Assembly (NCBI GenBank): GCA_048941605.1
Contig: JBHLNL010000002.1
Coordinates: 1,928 to 65,927 of the forward strand
Source of the DNA: Promethearchaeota archaeon
GTDB taxonomy: Archaea; Asgardarchaeota; Lokiarchaeia; Sigyniarchaeales; SOKP01
Direction: 5' to 3'
Length of the DNA stretch: 64,000 nt
Within the stretch, counting starts at the first letter, position 1; the number at the start of each line of letters is the position of its first letter. Below, piece after piece: positions 29,057 through 38,352 of this stretch. Below the pieces are notes generated by a model, which saw nothing but the letters and a program-made list of their open reading frames with translations, ran no database searches and had not been told where the DNA came from. Made by a program: the position numbers and the translations under genes.

Positions 29057-29755
29057 ATGTCTAAAATAGAAATTAGAAATCATCCTAAATTTTCCAATGT
29101 TTTTATATCTGGCCCTCCAGAAAAATTGAGACTTTATACAAGAAATTTAGATGTAGGAAAAAGGATATACGGTGAGAGATTGATAAATTATAAGGGTATC
29201 GAGTATAGAGAATGGGATCCATTTAGAAGTAAATTAGCTGCATTAATTTTGGAAAACCCTATGACAAATTTTTTATCAGATAATTTAAAATGTTTATATT
29301 TAGGAGCTTCATCAGGCACATCTATATCTCATCTTTCAGATATTATACCTTCTGGAATCATCTACGGAGTAGAATTTGCAGAAAGAAGTATGAGGCAACT
29401 AATTCAAAATAGTTCAAATCGAAAAAATATTATTCCAATCTTAGGAGATGCACGGTTTCCGGGTAGTTATGGTAAACATATATTTACTAACATAGATTTA
29501 ATTTATCAAGATGTTGCACAACCACGACAAGCTGAGATTGCGTTGGAAAATTGCACTTATTACTTAAAAAATGAAGGAGTTTTGGTTATTGCTATCAAAT
29601 CTCAATCAATTGACAGTATTCAAAAATCAGAACTGACTTTTGCTCAAGAGAAAAAAATACTCGAAACCGCAGGATATATCATACTAGAGAGTATTAATAT
29701 CCATAAATATGCTGCAAATCATATTATATTAATCGTTAAAAAAGAAACTAATTAA
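29057..29755 (+). CDS. flpA: fibrillarin-like rRNA/tRNA 2'-O-methyltransferase
   Basis: YREWDPFRSKLAA...LYLGASSGTSISHLSDI...IYQDVAQPRQAEI fibrillarin motifs. Paired with nop5. Confidence 0.9.
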   Translation: MSKIEIRNHPKFSNVFISGPPEKLRLYTRNLDVGKRIYGERLINYKGIEYREWDPFRSKLAALILENPMTNFLSDNLKCLYLGASSGTSISHLSDIIPSGIIYGVEFAERSMRQLIQNSSNRKNIIPILGDARFPGSYGKHIFTNIDLIYQDVAQPRQAEIALENCTYYLKNEGVLVIAIKSQSIDSIQKSELTFAQEKKILETAGYIILESINIHKYAANHIILIVKKETN

Positions 29756-30381
29756 GAAAGTCAGTGATTTTTTTATTAGAGATCTCTTCATTTATTATTT
29801 TTTTGGTTGTATCCCAGGATTTTCTCGCAAACTTGGGCACTTTTTTATTTCTTTTTATATAATTTCTTAGGAATTCAATTGTTCTAACATCGGAAGGGTA
29901 ACCCGAACCAAATTCTCCATATTTTTCATTGAGTTCTTCAACTATTGCATCCCTTTTGTCTTTGGCTATTATGGACCCCGCTGAAACAATTGGATATATA
30001 TCATCGGCCTTATGTTTGGAAATTATTTTTTTAGGAGAATAATTTAGTAATCTTTCTATTGATTTACCAAATCTTTTTTCATTTACGTCAGCAGCATCTA
30101 AATAAATAGTATCTGGTTTCAAATTATTAATAATTTCTGCCATCTTAATTTCTTCAAGTCGGTTCATGGTAATTTTATTAACTTCTCTCTCATCAATCTC
30201 TTGAGGACTAATTACAATAATTTTATGTGAGTGGCAATTATCTTTCAAGATATGAGCTAATTCACTTCTCTTTTTTGGAGATAATTTTTTTGAGTCTTTA
30301 ACACCTATTTCAGATAAAAAACTAAGTTTAGATTTATAAAAGCATATACCACATAAAACCATGGGACCTAAGACAGAGCCT
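29748..30381 (-). CDS. rnhB: ribonuclease HII, exon 2 (the tracked ORF starts at an internal ATG, 30389)
   Basis: GSVLGPMVLCGI...GVKDSKKLSPKKR...YLDAADV...KADDIYPIVSAGSIIAK...GSGYPSD are RNase HII motifs. The N-terminal GIDEAGR motif is missing from this ORF and is found upstream (see exon 1). Confidence 0.85.
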
Positions 30382-30411
30382 ACTGACATTTAATTCGATT
30401 TGAATTAAATT
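30382..30411 (-). other. 30-nt intervening sequence in rnhB with a bulge-helix-bulge (BHB) fold; candidate mRNA intron
   Basis: In-frame ATT TAA TTC AAA TCG AAT TAA ATG TCA GTA lies between ..GIDEAGR and GSVLGP... Perfect 9-bp palindrome at 30388..30410. Central helix UGGU/GUCA, bulges AG|A and GU|A, outer helix GAGGC/GGCTC. Confidence 0.65.
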
Positions 30412-30491
30412 CTACCAGCCTCGTCTATCCCACATATTAGTTCTGTTTCATCCTCATGAATCTTGAATGAGTTCAATGAATTCTTCTTCAT
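30412..30491 (-). CDS. rnhB: ribonuclease HII, exon 1 (start ATG 30491 or TTG 30476; uncertain)
   Basis: Same frame as exon 2. Reads MKKNSLNSFKIHEDETELICGIDEAG(R), containing the catalytic DE of the RNase HII N-terminal motif. Overlaps the 3' end of the upstream gene in another frame. Confidence 0.6.
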
Positions 30492-31455
30492 CATCTACTT
30501 CTTCAAGGTTTTTAATTTTAACAATAGGAATATTTGTTTTTTTAAACGGTTCAGGAATTTTGATATCATTGTCTATTATGAAAAGTGAAGTTTTATGGAA
30601 TAAATCTGTGAACATTTTTAAGCAATGAAAGCTCATCTCATTGATTTTACCTTGTTCCTCAGAGATACCAGAAAATAGAGGATAAAACCCATCAAATTTT
30701 ATTTTATCAGAGTGAGAGTATAACGATAATTTGAAAGGTATTGATCCTTTCTTATACCAATAAGAAGAAAGCCCTATGTCTTTTATTATATCTTGAACAT
30801 GGGATTCAAATTCACTTAATTCTTTTTCTTCCAATAATTCTTTTTCTTCTGTATAATCCTTAATAGTCCACCCAAAAACGTTAATTTTTTTAAATAGTTC
30901 ATTACTGTTTAAGATTTCTAATATTCTTTCAGCAATTTTCTCAGAAGGTCTCATAGATTCATTTTCATATGAACAAATAGTCCGCTTAGTCACTCCTAAG
31001 ACTTCTGATAATTCCTTTCTTGTTATTGAATAGTTTTCTCTCAAGGTTTTCATCAAAGCACCATCTAAAAATACTACCCCACCACCTCTTCTTGCTAAGA
31101 TATAAGGGTATTTATCACTTAGGATATTCTCAAATGTGTTTAGTGTTATAAAGGGTAAACCTTCTCTTACATAAATAGTATTATCTTCTAATTTTTGATA
31201 TCGATTTCTAATTCCAATTAATAATGGTTTTGATTTGAGGATTAAGGATAAAGATTTAATATCACGAATTGTATCTTGATTCAGGTTATCTATATTAGGA
31301 AAAATTTTAATACTAAATACTAAATCATCTTTTTTAACTAAAAGATCAAAACAGAATTTACTTTTTGTAGTGGCAAAATTACCCAATGCTAATGTTTCAT
31401 AATTTGCTTTTTTTAACAAGCTGTCAATTCTTTGAATTATCTTTTCAATCATCAA
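30454..31455 (-). CDS. HTH (XRE-type) domain protein, putative transcriptional regulator
   Basis: Central YSITRKELSEVLGVTKRTICSYENESMRPSEKIAERI is an XRE/HTH_3 pattern. The flanking domains are unassigned. Confidence 0.6.
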   Translation of the reverse strand: MMIEKIIQRIDSLLKKANYETLALGNFATTKSKFCFDLLVKKDDLVFSIKIFPNIDNLNQDTIRDIKSLSLILKSKPLLIGIRNRYQKLEDNTIYVREGLPFITLNTFENILSDKYPYILARRGGGVVFLDGALMKTLRENYSITRKELSEVLGVTKRTICSYENESMRPSEKIAERILEILNSNELFKKINVFGWTIKDYTEEKELLEEKELSEFESHVQDIIKDIGLSSYWYKKGSIPFKLSLYSHSDKIKFDGFYPLFSGISEEQGKINEMSFHCLKMFTDLFHKTSLFIIDNDIKIPEPFKKTNIPIVKIKNLEEVDDEEEFIELIQDS

Positions 31456-31572
31456 ATCTAATCTTTAAAAATCAATATTTTATAAAAAAATTATTCTTTT
31501 TTGTATTAAGTAATGATATTTTACAAATATATAACTTTTACATTGGAGAATTAATAAATTTTTATAATATTC

Positions 31573-32175
31573 TTATTTTTCATTAGATAACCTAAGAAGA
31601 TCTGAATCAGTGATAATCCCTATATAATCATTTTGTTCTTTTACCAGAACAGCTGGATACTTCAAGAGTAAGTCAGAGATATCCTTTACATTCCAATTTT
31701 TATCAATTTCTGGAAATGGTAATTCCTTTATAAGAGATACATCCATATTAATAATTCCTGGATTATCTGTAATATACTTCTGTATTTTTTTTGATGTTAT
31801 ACTACCTATATTCTGATTGTTGTCTATTACTGGTAATTGTGAGATTTCATGTCTGTTCATCAAATCTACTGCTTCTCTTATCATTGAACTAGATTTGATT
31901 GAGATAATCTCCTTAATCATAATGTCTTCAGCATGTTTTTTCGATTTTTCTCGAATTTTCCGCTGATTTTCAAGGTACTCATATATTTTTTTTAGTTTAG
32001 AATATGGAGGATCCACGGTTCCATTTTCAATTCTCGAAATTGTTGACTGTGGAATATTCAATTCTTCTCCAAGTTCTTTTTGGCTAATATCTAGTTTTTT
32101 ACGTAAGCGTTTTATATCGCTCAAAGAGGGTAAAATTTCCATTGTATTATCATATTTTTTATGCTTCTTATGCAT
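31573..32175 (-). CDS. HTH (XRE-type) + CBS-pair domain regulator
   Basis: ISQKELGEELNIPQSTISRIENG is an HTH. It is followed by two CBS repeats (..IREAVDLMNRHEISQLPVID.. ; ..AVLVKEQNDYIGIITDSDLL). Confidence 0.7.
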   Translation of the reverse strand: MHKKHKKYDNTMEILPSLSDIKRLRKKLDISQKELGEELNIPQSTISRIENGTVDPPYSKLKKIYEYLENQRKIREKSKKHAEDIMIKEIISIKSSSMIREAVDLMNRHEISQLPVIDNNQNIGSITSKKIQKYITDNPGIINMDVSLIKELPFPEIDKNWNVKDISDLLLKYPAVLVKEQNDYIGIITDSDLLRLSNEK

Positions 32176-32329
32176 ATTATAATTACAAAATATTTATAAA
32201 CGTTTTTAATTATTATCAGATATGAAATGCAATGACTGCATTTTTCATTTAATAAGGAATTTAACTGATAAATAATTTAAAAATATATTTAAAAGAACTA
32301 TTTATTAATTTAGAAGTTGGTTAAATGAA

Positions 32330-33574
32330 ATGTTAAAATTGAGTCTAGCAGATTTTAAACCTATTGAGAAAAGTGATTTCCCTGAACTCTGTGAAAGGAA
32401 AGGAATTGGACATCCCGATACTGTCTGTGATGCTGTTGCAGACGCATGTTCTAGAGCTTTATGTGTTTATTATCTTGAAAATTTCGACCGAGTTTATCAC
32501 CATAATGTCGATAAGGCTGCTCTTGTTGGAGGCACCGCAAGACCTAAATATGGTGGAGGTCAAATCATCCAACCACAATACTTTCTAATTGTTGGAAGAG
32601 CTATAAATCAGATTCTTAAAGAATGTGGTGATGGTACACATAAACTCGAATATATTCCTATTCCAACGATTTGCATAGAAACCCAGCGTAAAGTACTTTC
32701 TGATATTTTTAGAAACCTTGATCTAAATAGAGATATTCAGTTCGATTATGCAGTTCGGCCAGGATCAATAGATTTGACGGGAGTATTTGATGAATCTCAC
32801 CATACTGAAGAAGTTCCACTAGCTAATGATACAAGTTTTGGAGTTGGCTATGCTCCATATTCAGATGTGGAGAGAATTACTCTTGAAGCTGAAAAGTTAA
32901 TTAATTCGGATAAATTTAAAGATAAATGCCCTGCTTCTGGAGAGGATGTTAAAGTTATGACAGAAAGAATGGGTAATGAAATTGGGATTACTATCGCAGC
33001 AGCAATGGTAAGTAAATATATTAAAAATGCAGGTGAATATGTAAATTATACCAATCAAATCAAAGAAGCTGTTTTGGATTTAGCCTCAGATATTATTCCA
33101 GAACGCGAGGTAACATGCCAAGTAAATGTAGCTGACAATATCGAAAAGGGCATCATGTATTTGACCATTACTGGTACTTCTGCTGAAGCAGGTGATGATG
33201 GAGAAGTAGGACGTGGAAACCGATCAAATGGTCTTATAACACCTTGTAGGACAATGAGCTTAGAAGCTGTATGCGGAAAGAACCCAATTAACCATGTAGG
33301 GAAGCTTTATAATGTTCTTGGGACAGAAATCGCAAGAGAGATTGTAAAGAGAGGACAAGGAGATATAATAGAAGCACATGTTAAACTATTATCTCAAATT
33401 GGAAGACCTATAACTGATCCATGGGTAAATTCAATTGAACTAATTCCAGCTGACAATGTCAACTTTTATTCTGTAAAGAAAATTGCTGAAGAAGTATCAA
33501 ATGAAAAACTCAGTAAGGAAAGCTTTTTTGATTTAAGAAAAAGACTTATAGCTGGTGAAGTTCAGGTATACTAA
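32330..33574 (+). CDS. mat: archaeal-type S-adenosylmethionine synthetase
   Basis: [23 protein letters not shown]...[12 protein letters not shown]...[18 protein letters not shown] are characteristic of archaeal MAT. Confidence 0.9.
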   Translation: MLKLSLADFKPIEKSDFPELCERKGIGHPDTVCDAVADACSRALCVYYLENFDRVYHHNVDKAALVGGTARPKYGGGQIIQPQYFLIVGRAINQILKECGDGTHKLEYIPIPTICIETQRKVLSDIFRNLDLNRDIQFDYAVRPGSIDLTGVFDESHHTEEVPLANDTSFGVGYAPYSDVERITLEAEKLINSDKFKDKCPASGEDVKVMTERMGNEIGITIAAAMVSKYIKNAGEYVNYTNQIKEAVLDLASDIIPEREVTCQVNVADNIEKGIMYLTITGTSAEAGDDGEVGRGNRSNGLITPCRTMSLEAVCGKNPINHVGKLYNVLGTEIAREIVKRGQGDIIEAHVKLLSQIGRPITDPWVNSIELIPADNVNFYSVKKIAEEVSNEKLSKESFFDLRKRLIAGEVQVY

Positions 33575-33697
33575 TATTTTAATGTTGATAAACAAATTTT
33601 TATTTTTTATTCTTTTTTTATTTAATAGGTTTTAATTGAAGAAGCAACAGTTAAATTTTATAATTTAACTCTCCCTTATCTCAAAAAAGATTTCAAA

Positions 33698-33973
33698 GTG
33701 AAATTCATGGGTTTGGACAAGTGGCTGAAGAAAGAAGATATTGAAAAAAAATCAAAAAAAAAGAAAGAACAAGTAGTTCAAACAAAAAAAGAACAAAGTG
33801 GAAAAACACAAAATAAGGATCTTGAAAAACCATTAATAAATTTAACAAAATATATGCTTATTTGTACAAATGCAAAATGTAAATTTCAAAAAATAATTAT
33901 GAAGAGGCAACTCTCTGAAAATGACAAGAACTGTCCCAGATGCAAGAAAGAAATGAAAATTAAGGGAGTATAA
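33698..33973 (+). CDS. small lysine-rich zinc-ribbon protein
   Basis: GTG start. CTNAKC...CPRC pairs after a K/E-rich N-terminal half. Confidence 0.4.
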   Translation: MKFMGLDKWLKKEDIEKKSKKKKEQVVQTKKEQSGKTQNKDLEKPLINLTKYMLICTNAKCKFQKIIMKRQLSENDKNCPRCKKEMKIKGV

Positions 33974-34226
33974 ATTTAGTTTTAGACTTAAAAGATTGAT
34001 CAAGATTAATATTTTGTTTGGAAAGGTTATTTAAATCAAAAACGGACTCACAATTAGGGCAAGTGTTTGGTTTCTTGCTATATTTTAACATAATATAAAT
34101 TATAAAGCCCAATCCTAAAGTTAGGATAACCATGAAACATAAGATCTCGTGATAAGCGTGATCGAAGTTCTTGCGGCGTAACACGACTATTTCCTCACAA
34201 GTAGGACAATATACTTTATAACCCAA
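33960..34226 (-). CDS. small zinc-ribbon membrane protein
   Basis: CPTC...(TM helix ILCFMVILTLGLGFIIYIML)...CPNC. Confidence 0.4.
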   Translation of the reverse strand: MGYKVYCPTCEEIVVLRRKNFDHAYHEILCFMVILTLGLGFIIYIMLKYSKKPNTCPNCESVFDLNNLSKQNINLDQSFKSKTKFILP

Positions 34227-34311
34227 TTCTTAATCTTACCCAATTCTTCTGTAATTATTTTTATGTAATAATTTGAATAATAATTATTTTTTGTTACATA
34301 TAAAACTATTA

Positions 34312-35019
34312 TCAGTTTTTTTTCTGTTTCTTTGCAGGTCTACCATAGTATATAGAATTTTTTTCAATTCTTTGATTTATCTTTGTATAGCTTCCCATTC
34401 CTAATATGGCTCCTTCTTCTACGATAGTTCCAGGAGAAATCACACTAAATGCACCGATTGTGCTTCTATCATGTAAAATAACTTTTTTTACTAACAATAA
34501 ATCTCCTATAACAAGTGAACTCATCACTATCGACCCTTCACCTAGAATCGTATTATTACCTATTTCAATAAAATCTGAATCAATAAAACTGTCTAGTATT
34601 CCTGTATTATATTGAATGTTTAAATTAAAGATTTTTAAAGCCAAGATTTTTGCCCAAGGTAATGGATAATAATTATATATTTTTAGGACAAACCACTTTA
34701 TTCTTCTTCTTAGCAAAAAAAATAAAAAATCTTTGTCATATAAATTTATATGAAAAACTCCCTCTTTTGGGTGATGGATTATATTAATAAGGATTAAAAT
34801 TAATTTAGCGAACAGTAAAAGAAGTAAGATAAAAATTGAATAGTAAATTACAAGGGAAATGGGTAAAAAAAATATGATAATCATCGGTTCAATCCAATGA
34901 GAAAAAAAATCGAAGAAGAATACAAAAAAAACACTTGTAGGAAAAAAAGCAAACCAAATTAGGATTGGATATAGCCAAAAGAATTTCTTTTGAGTTAACA
35001 CATTATTTGTAATCTTCAA
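34312..35019 (-). CDS. membrane protein with one TM + left-handed beta-helix (hexapeptide-repeat) module
   Basis: N-terminal TM helices, the conserved HHPKEGVF motif, then hexapeptide-like repeats (IEIGNNTILGEGSIVMSSLVIGD..VILHDRSTIGAFSVISPGTIVEEGAILGMGS). Confidence 0.6.
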   Translation of the reverse strand: MKITNNVLTQKKFFWLYPILIWFAFFPTSVFFVFFFDFFSHWIEPMIIIFFLPISLVIYYSIFILLLLLFAKLILILINIIHHPKEGVFHINLYDKDFLFFLLRRRIKWFVLKIYNYYPLPWAKILALKIFNLNIQYNTGILDSFIDSDFIEIGNNTILGEGSIVMSSLVIGDLLLVKKVILHDRSTIGAFSVISPGTIVEEGAILGMGSYTKINQRIEKNSIYYGRPAKKQKKN

Positions 35020-35055
35020 AGATTCTAGATCTGTTATTGAAATCGACCTTGTTTC

Positions 35056-36630
35056 CTATTGATTCTTGAAATAATCTATATTAAAAAATATATCATCTTT
35101 ATCTAAATTAAAAGCTTGAATTAATCCCTCTTTCGAAATTTTCGTTAAAGGGGAATTAAAAAATATTGAATTATCTGATAGAATACTATTTTTAGAAGTT
35201 ACGGACATTGGCAATAACAACACATTGTCATTGATTTCTGTGCCAGGAGCAATACAACAATTATCGAGGATTGTCACGTTATCTCCAATTTTAATCTTCT
35301 TTATTATCAAATTTTTGTCCCATAAATGATTTGCTAGTAGTACTTTTCCAATGTATGCATTATTTCCTACGATGAACAACTCTTTTGCTAAATAAGATTC
35401 TTCAAGAACAGTATTTTCTCCAATTTGACAATTTCCTATAAAATTAAAAGCAAATTTTAATAACCATGGAAAGGGACTTTTTTGTATTTTCCATTTGACA
35501 TATCTCAATATGAAAGAGCGTTTAAAGTAGTATTTATAATCAGTCGTTTTATTTTTCCATTCAAATATTCCTTCTTTAACAGGATTTAAATGTGTAATCC
35601 ACTTGTAAATGAGTTTAGTAAAAAAAATTATAAGTAGTAAATTTAACAAATATAAGGAGATAAGAAATAAAGGAGTTGCAAGAAAAATTATAATAGAGTT
35701 AAAATTTTCGAAAAGAGTAAGATAATTAGGGCTTTGCATAAAAAAAGGAAAGAAAAAGTTAAGCATAAAATAAATAGCGCTAATAATTGGAATAAAATTT
35801 GAAAGGAAGTATAAAATCCCAAAGATTATTATATTAAAAGTGAAATTTTTGACAAATTTCTTTGTTTGTTTTTTGTCCTGTTTAGTAATCTCATAATTTT
35901 GGTTTTCATTTTGGGTAATTTCATTTTTAGATAAAACTTTATTTGGCATTTGTATTAAATTAAGAGAAGAATTATTCAAAGGGGAATCAGATTTTATTAA
36001 TTGGTTATATTTCGTTTCTGACATCGTTGTTATAACAGAATTCTTACATATATACGTTCCAGGGGCTATAAAACAATTGGATCCAATAAGAACATTATCG
36101 CCAATTTTCACTTTTTTAATAATTAGCAATTCTCTAAAAATCATGCTGGCTTTTACGGAACTCCCATTACCTATACAAACATTTTTCCCATACTCAATAA
36201 ATTCTGAATCATTGTGAAACCATCTTAGATTTATTTTATAGACCATTGGTAAAGGTATAAATTTAGAAATCCAAATTGGCCATTTTTTTATTACTGCTCT
36301 TAAACTCCAAAAGTAATAATTTTTTTCTGATTTTTCTCTTTTAAATATACCTTCTTTAGGCTTATGGATGAGATTGATTATTAATAGAAAGATTTTTGCC
36401 AAAAGGATAGAACTGAACACTAAGATTAGATATACAATATAAATTTCAATTGGTAATAGTAAAATGAACAAGAATAGATTATTTTCAATTAGTTTCCAGA
36501 AGATAAAAAATTCTAATATTGATGGTAGCATAGAACTCCAGATGATAATAAAGTAAACAAAAAGAAATTTTTTAGATACTAATGTATTGGTGGTAAATGG
36601 TCCATCATGAATTGAGACAGGTGTAGACAA
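35056..36630 (-). CDS. membrane protein with two tandem TM + left-handed beta-helix modules
   Basis: Two internal repeats, each with TM helices, H-x-PKEGIF (HKPKEGIF ; NPVKEGIF) and hexapeptide repeats (VKIGDNVLIGSNCFIAPGT ; IKIGDNVTILDNCCIAPGT). Confidence 0.6.
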   Translation of the reverse strand: MSTPVSIHDGPFTTNTLVSKKFLFVYFIIIWSSMLPSILEFFIFWKLIENNLFLFILLLPIEIYIVYLILVFSSILLAKIFLLIINLIHKPKEGIFKREKSEKNYYFWSLRAVIKKWPIWISKFIPLPMVYKINLRWFHNDSEFIEYGKNVCIGNGSSVKASMIFRELLIIKKVKIGDNVLIGSNCFIAPGTYICKNSVITTMSETKYNQLIKSDSPLNNSSLNLIQMPNKVLSKNEITQNENQNYEITKQDKKQTKKFVKNFTFNIIIFGILYFLSNFIPIISAIYFMLNFFFPFFMQSPNYLTLFENFNSIIIFLATPLFLISLYLLNLLLIIFFTKLIYKWITHLNPVKEGIFEWKNKTTDYKYYFKRSFILRYVKWKIQKSPFPWLLKFAFNFIGNCQIGENTVLEESYLAKELFIVGNNAYIGKVLLANHLWDKNLIIKKIKIGDNVTILDNCCIAPGTEINDNVLLLPMSVTSKNSILSDNSIFFNSPLTKISKEGLIQAFNLDKDDIFFNIDYFKNQ

Positions 36631-36770
36631 AAATCTATCAAATAGAAATTCAAATTAAATTGTAAGATTAGTATATTCATTAGCAATTAAAGTTTTTGCT
36701 AACATGAGTAAATTAAGAATTATGGAAGAGTCTTATCATTTACTGAAAAGTTGATTGAATATTGAAGTAA

Positions 36771-36926
36771 TTAATTAAATCCCCTAAATGATTTTTTTTC
36801 TTCTGGTTCTTTCTTTTTCTTCTCACCAGTTGTCAAAAGATCCCATGTACTATTGACTCCCATTTCTTTTAGTTTTTTACGCTCTTCATCCAATGATATT
36901 TCATCTTCATTTTCATCTTCACTCAT
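36771..36926 (-). CDS. possible small acidic/basic protein (51 aa), not in the ORF track
   Basis: Hand translation MSEDENEDEISLDEERKKLKEMGVNSTWDLLTTGEKKKKEPEEKKSFRGFN*. Sits alone in a 514-nt gap. Weak. Confidence 0.25.
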   Translation of the reverse strand: MSEDENEDEISLDEERKKLKEMGVNSTWDLLTTGEKKKKEPEEKKSFRGFN

Positions 36927-37144
36927 AAAATACACTCAATTAATCTTTAAGATTAATTAACTAGTAGACTTTAGCTTAATATATTTATCTTAATTTAACA
37001 TTAATAAGCTTTAAAAGAGAAAATTAAAAACTTCAAAAAAAAAAAATAAAAAGAATGCTCATTAAAATTTTAAGTATTTAATTTTATAATTTAATAAAAC
37101 AGTATATCATTACAATTTTTATCAAACCATATTAGGTATTAAAT

Positions 37145-38125
37145 ATGACAAATTGTGCTCATTGTGGTGAAGAAATAGTCGGAGAGTCATTTTATTGTAA
37201 TACATGTGGATATAATTATTGTTTAAGACATAAGGAACCCATAAATCACGATTGCATTATTATAAGAGATAGTTTACAACAGACGCCTCTACCAACTCAG
37301 CCTTATTTCCAAACTTCACAAATACCAGCAATTTCTCCAGATCAAACTTACCAGCAACCCACTACTCAAGGAATTGTTAGAGGAACTACAGATGGGACAT
37401 ATACATGGTATCATCAAGAAAACCAAATACCCGTAGATGCCTTTAATCCGGATTCTGGAATTAAATTTAAAGGGATTTTATTGCCTCATAAATCAGAATT
37501 GTTTCATTTCATTATAGGAGTGTCATTGATTTTTATAATAGGTATATTAACTTTTTATCCTAGTTTGATTAGATATCCAGGACTTGAATGGGCAATATTC
37601 ATGTTGGCAGGATTTTATGCTACAGCTTTTCTCTTTCACGAACTAGGTCATAGACAAGTAGCTATCCATTTTGATCTTCAGACAAAATTCCGATTGTTAA
37701 CTTTTGGAATGATTTTGACAGTTTTTGGTGTTGTATTTAACGTATATTCGTTAATATCTGGAGGAGCAAGTTTCCCTTCATTAGCATTACCAGGAGCAGT
37801 AGTAGTTTTAGGTTTAAGTAAAATAGATAGAACCACAGGCTTATGTAAAGCAGCAGGACCTACAGTGAATCTTGTTTATGGTACAATCCTTTTCATAATT
37901 TCATTCATAATCCCAATATATCCATTGAATATGTTAATTGGATTAGCAGCGAATTTAAATTTCATGTTAGGGACTTTTAATATGATTCCAATTGGCATCT
38001 TAGATGGACAGAATATTTGGAAATGGAATAAAAAAATATATATCGCACTTGGGGGTTCATTATTAGTACTTTTAATAATAACATATATACTGATTTATTC
38101 TCCTACTAGTCCATATATAATTTGA
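37145..38125 (+). CDS. AN1-type zinc finger fused to an M50/site-2-protease-like membrane domain
   Basis: CAHC-x10-CNTC-x4-C-x2-H-x5-H-x-C at the N-terminus. A Q/P/T-rich linker. A polytopic membrane part with HELGH (HExxH) in a TM helix. Confidence 0.6.
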   Translation: MTNCAHCGEEIVGESFYCNTCGYNYCLRHKEPINHDCIIIRDSLQQTPLPTQPYFQTSQIPAISPDQTYQQPTTQGIVRGTTDGTYTWYHQENQIPVDAFNPDSGIKFKGILLPHKSELFHFIIGVSLIFIIGILTFYPSLIRYPGLEWAIFMLAGFYATAFLFHELGHRQVAIHFDLQTKFRLLTFGMILTVFGVVFNVYSLISGGASFPSLALPGAVVVLGLSKIDRTTGLCKAAGPTVNLVYGTILFIISFIIPIYPLNMLIGLAANLNFMLGTFNMIPIGILDGQNIWKWNKKIYIALGGSLLVLLIITYILIYSPTSPYII

Positions 38126-38352
38126 ATGTAAAATTGAAGTGGATTTCTAATCTCATTTTTTTTTGATTCATTTTGAATCTTTCACGGTTTTATGAAATAA
38201 AGAAAAAATAATAAAAAGTAAAAATTATGAAGGATGTTAATTTTAAATAATTATACATTAGAATTCAATAATCAAGATATTGAAATAATTTAATGTTTAC
38301 TTGGTGATTAGAAACGACCTACTGTGAATTCTGCGGAGATCCGATAAGTTAC

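Noticed and set aside
30381-30411. Translational bypassing (T4 gene 60-like hop) or programmed frameshifting as the explanation for the rnhB interruption.
   Set aside because: The flanking segments are in the same frame, so no frameshift is needed. No matched take-off and landing codons give the correct downstream frame (AGA to AGG would land out of frame). The BHB fold predicts the exact in-frame junction.
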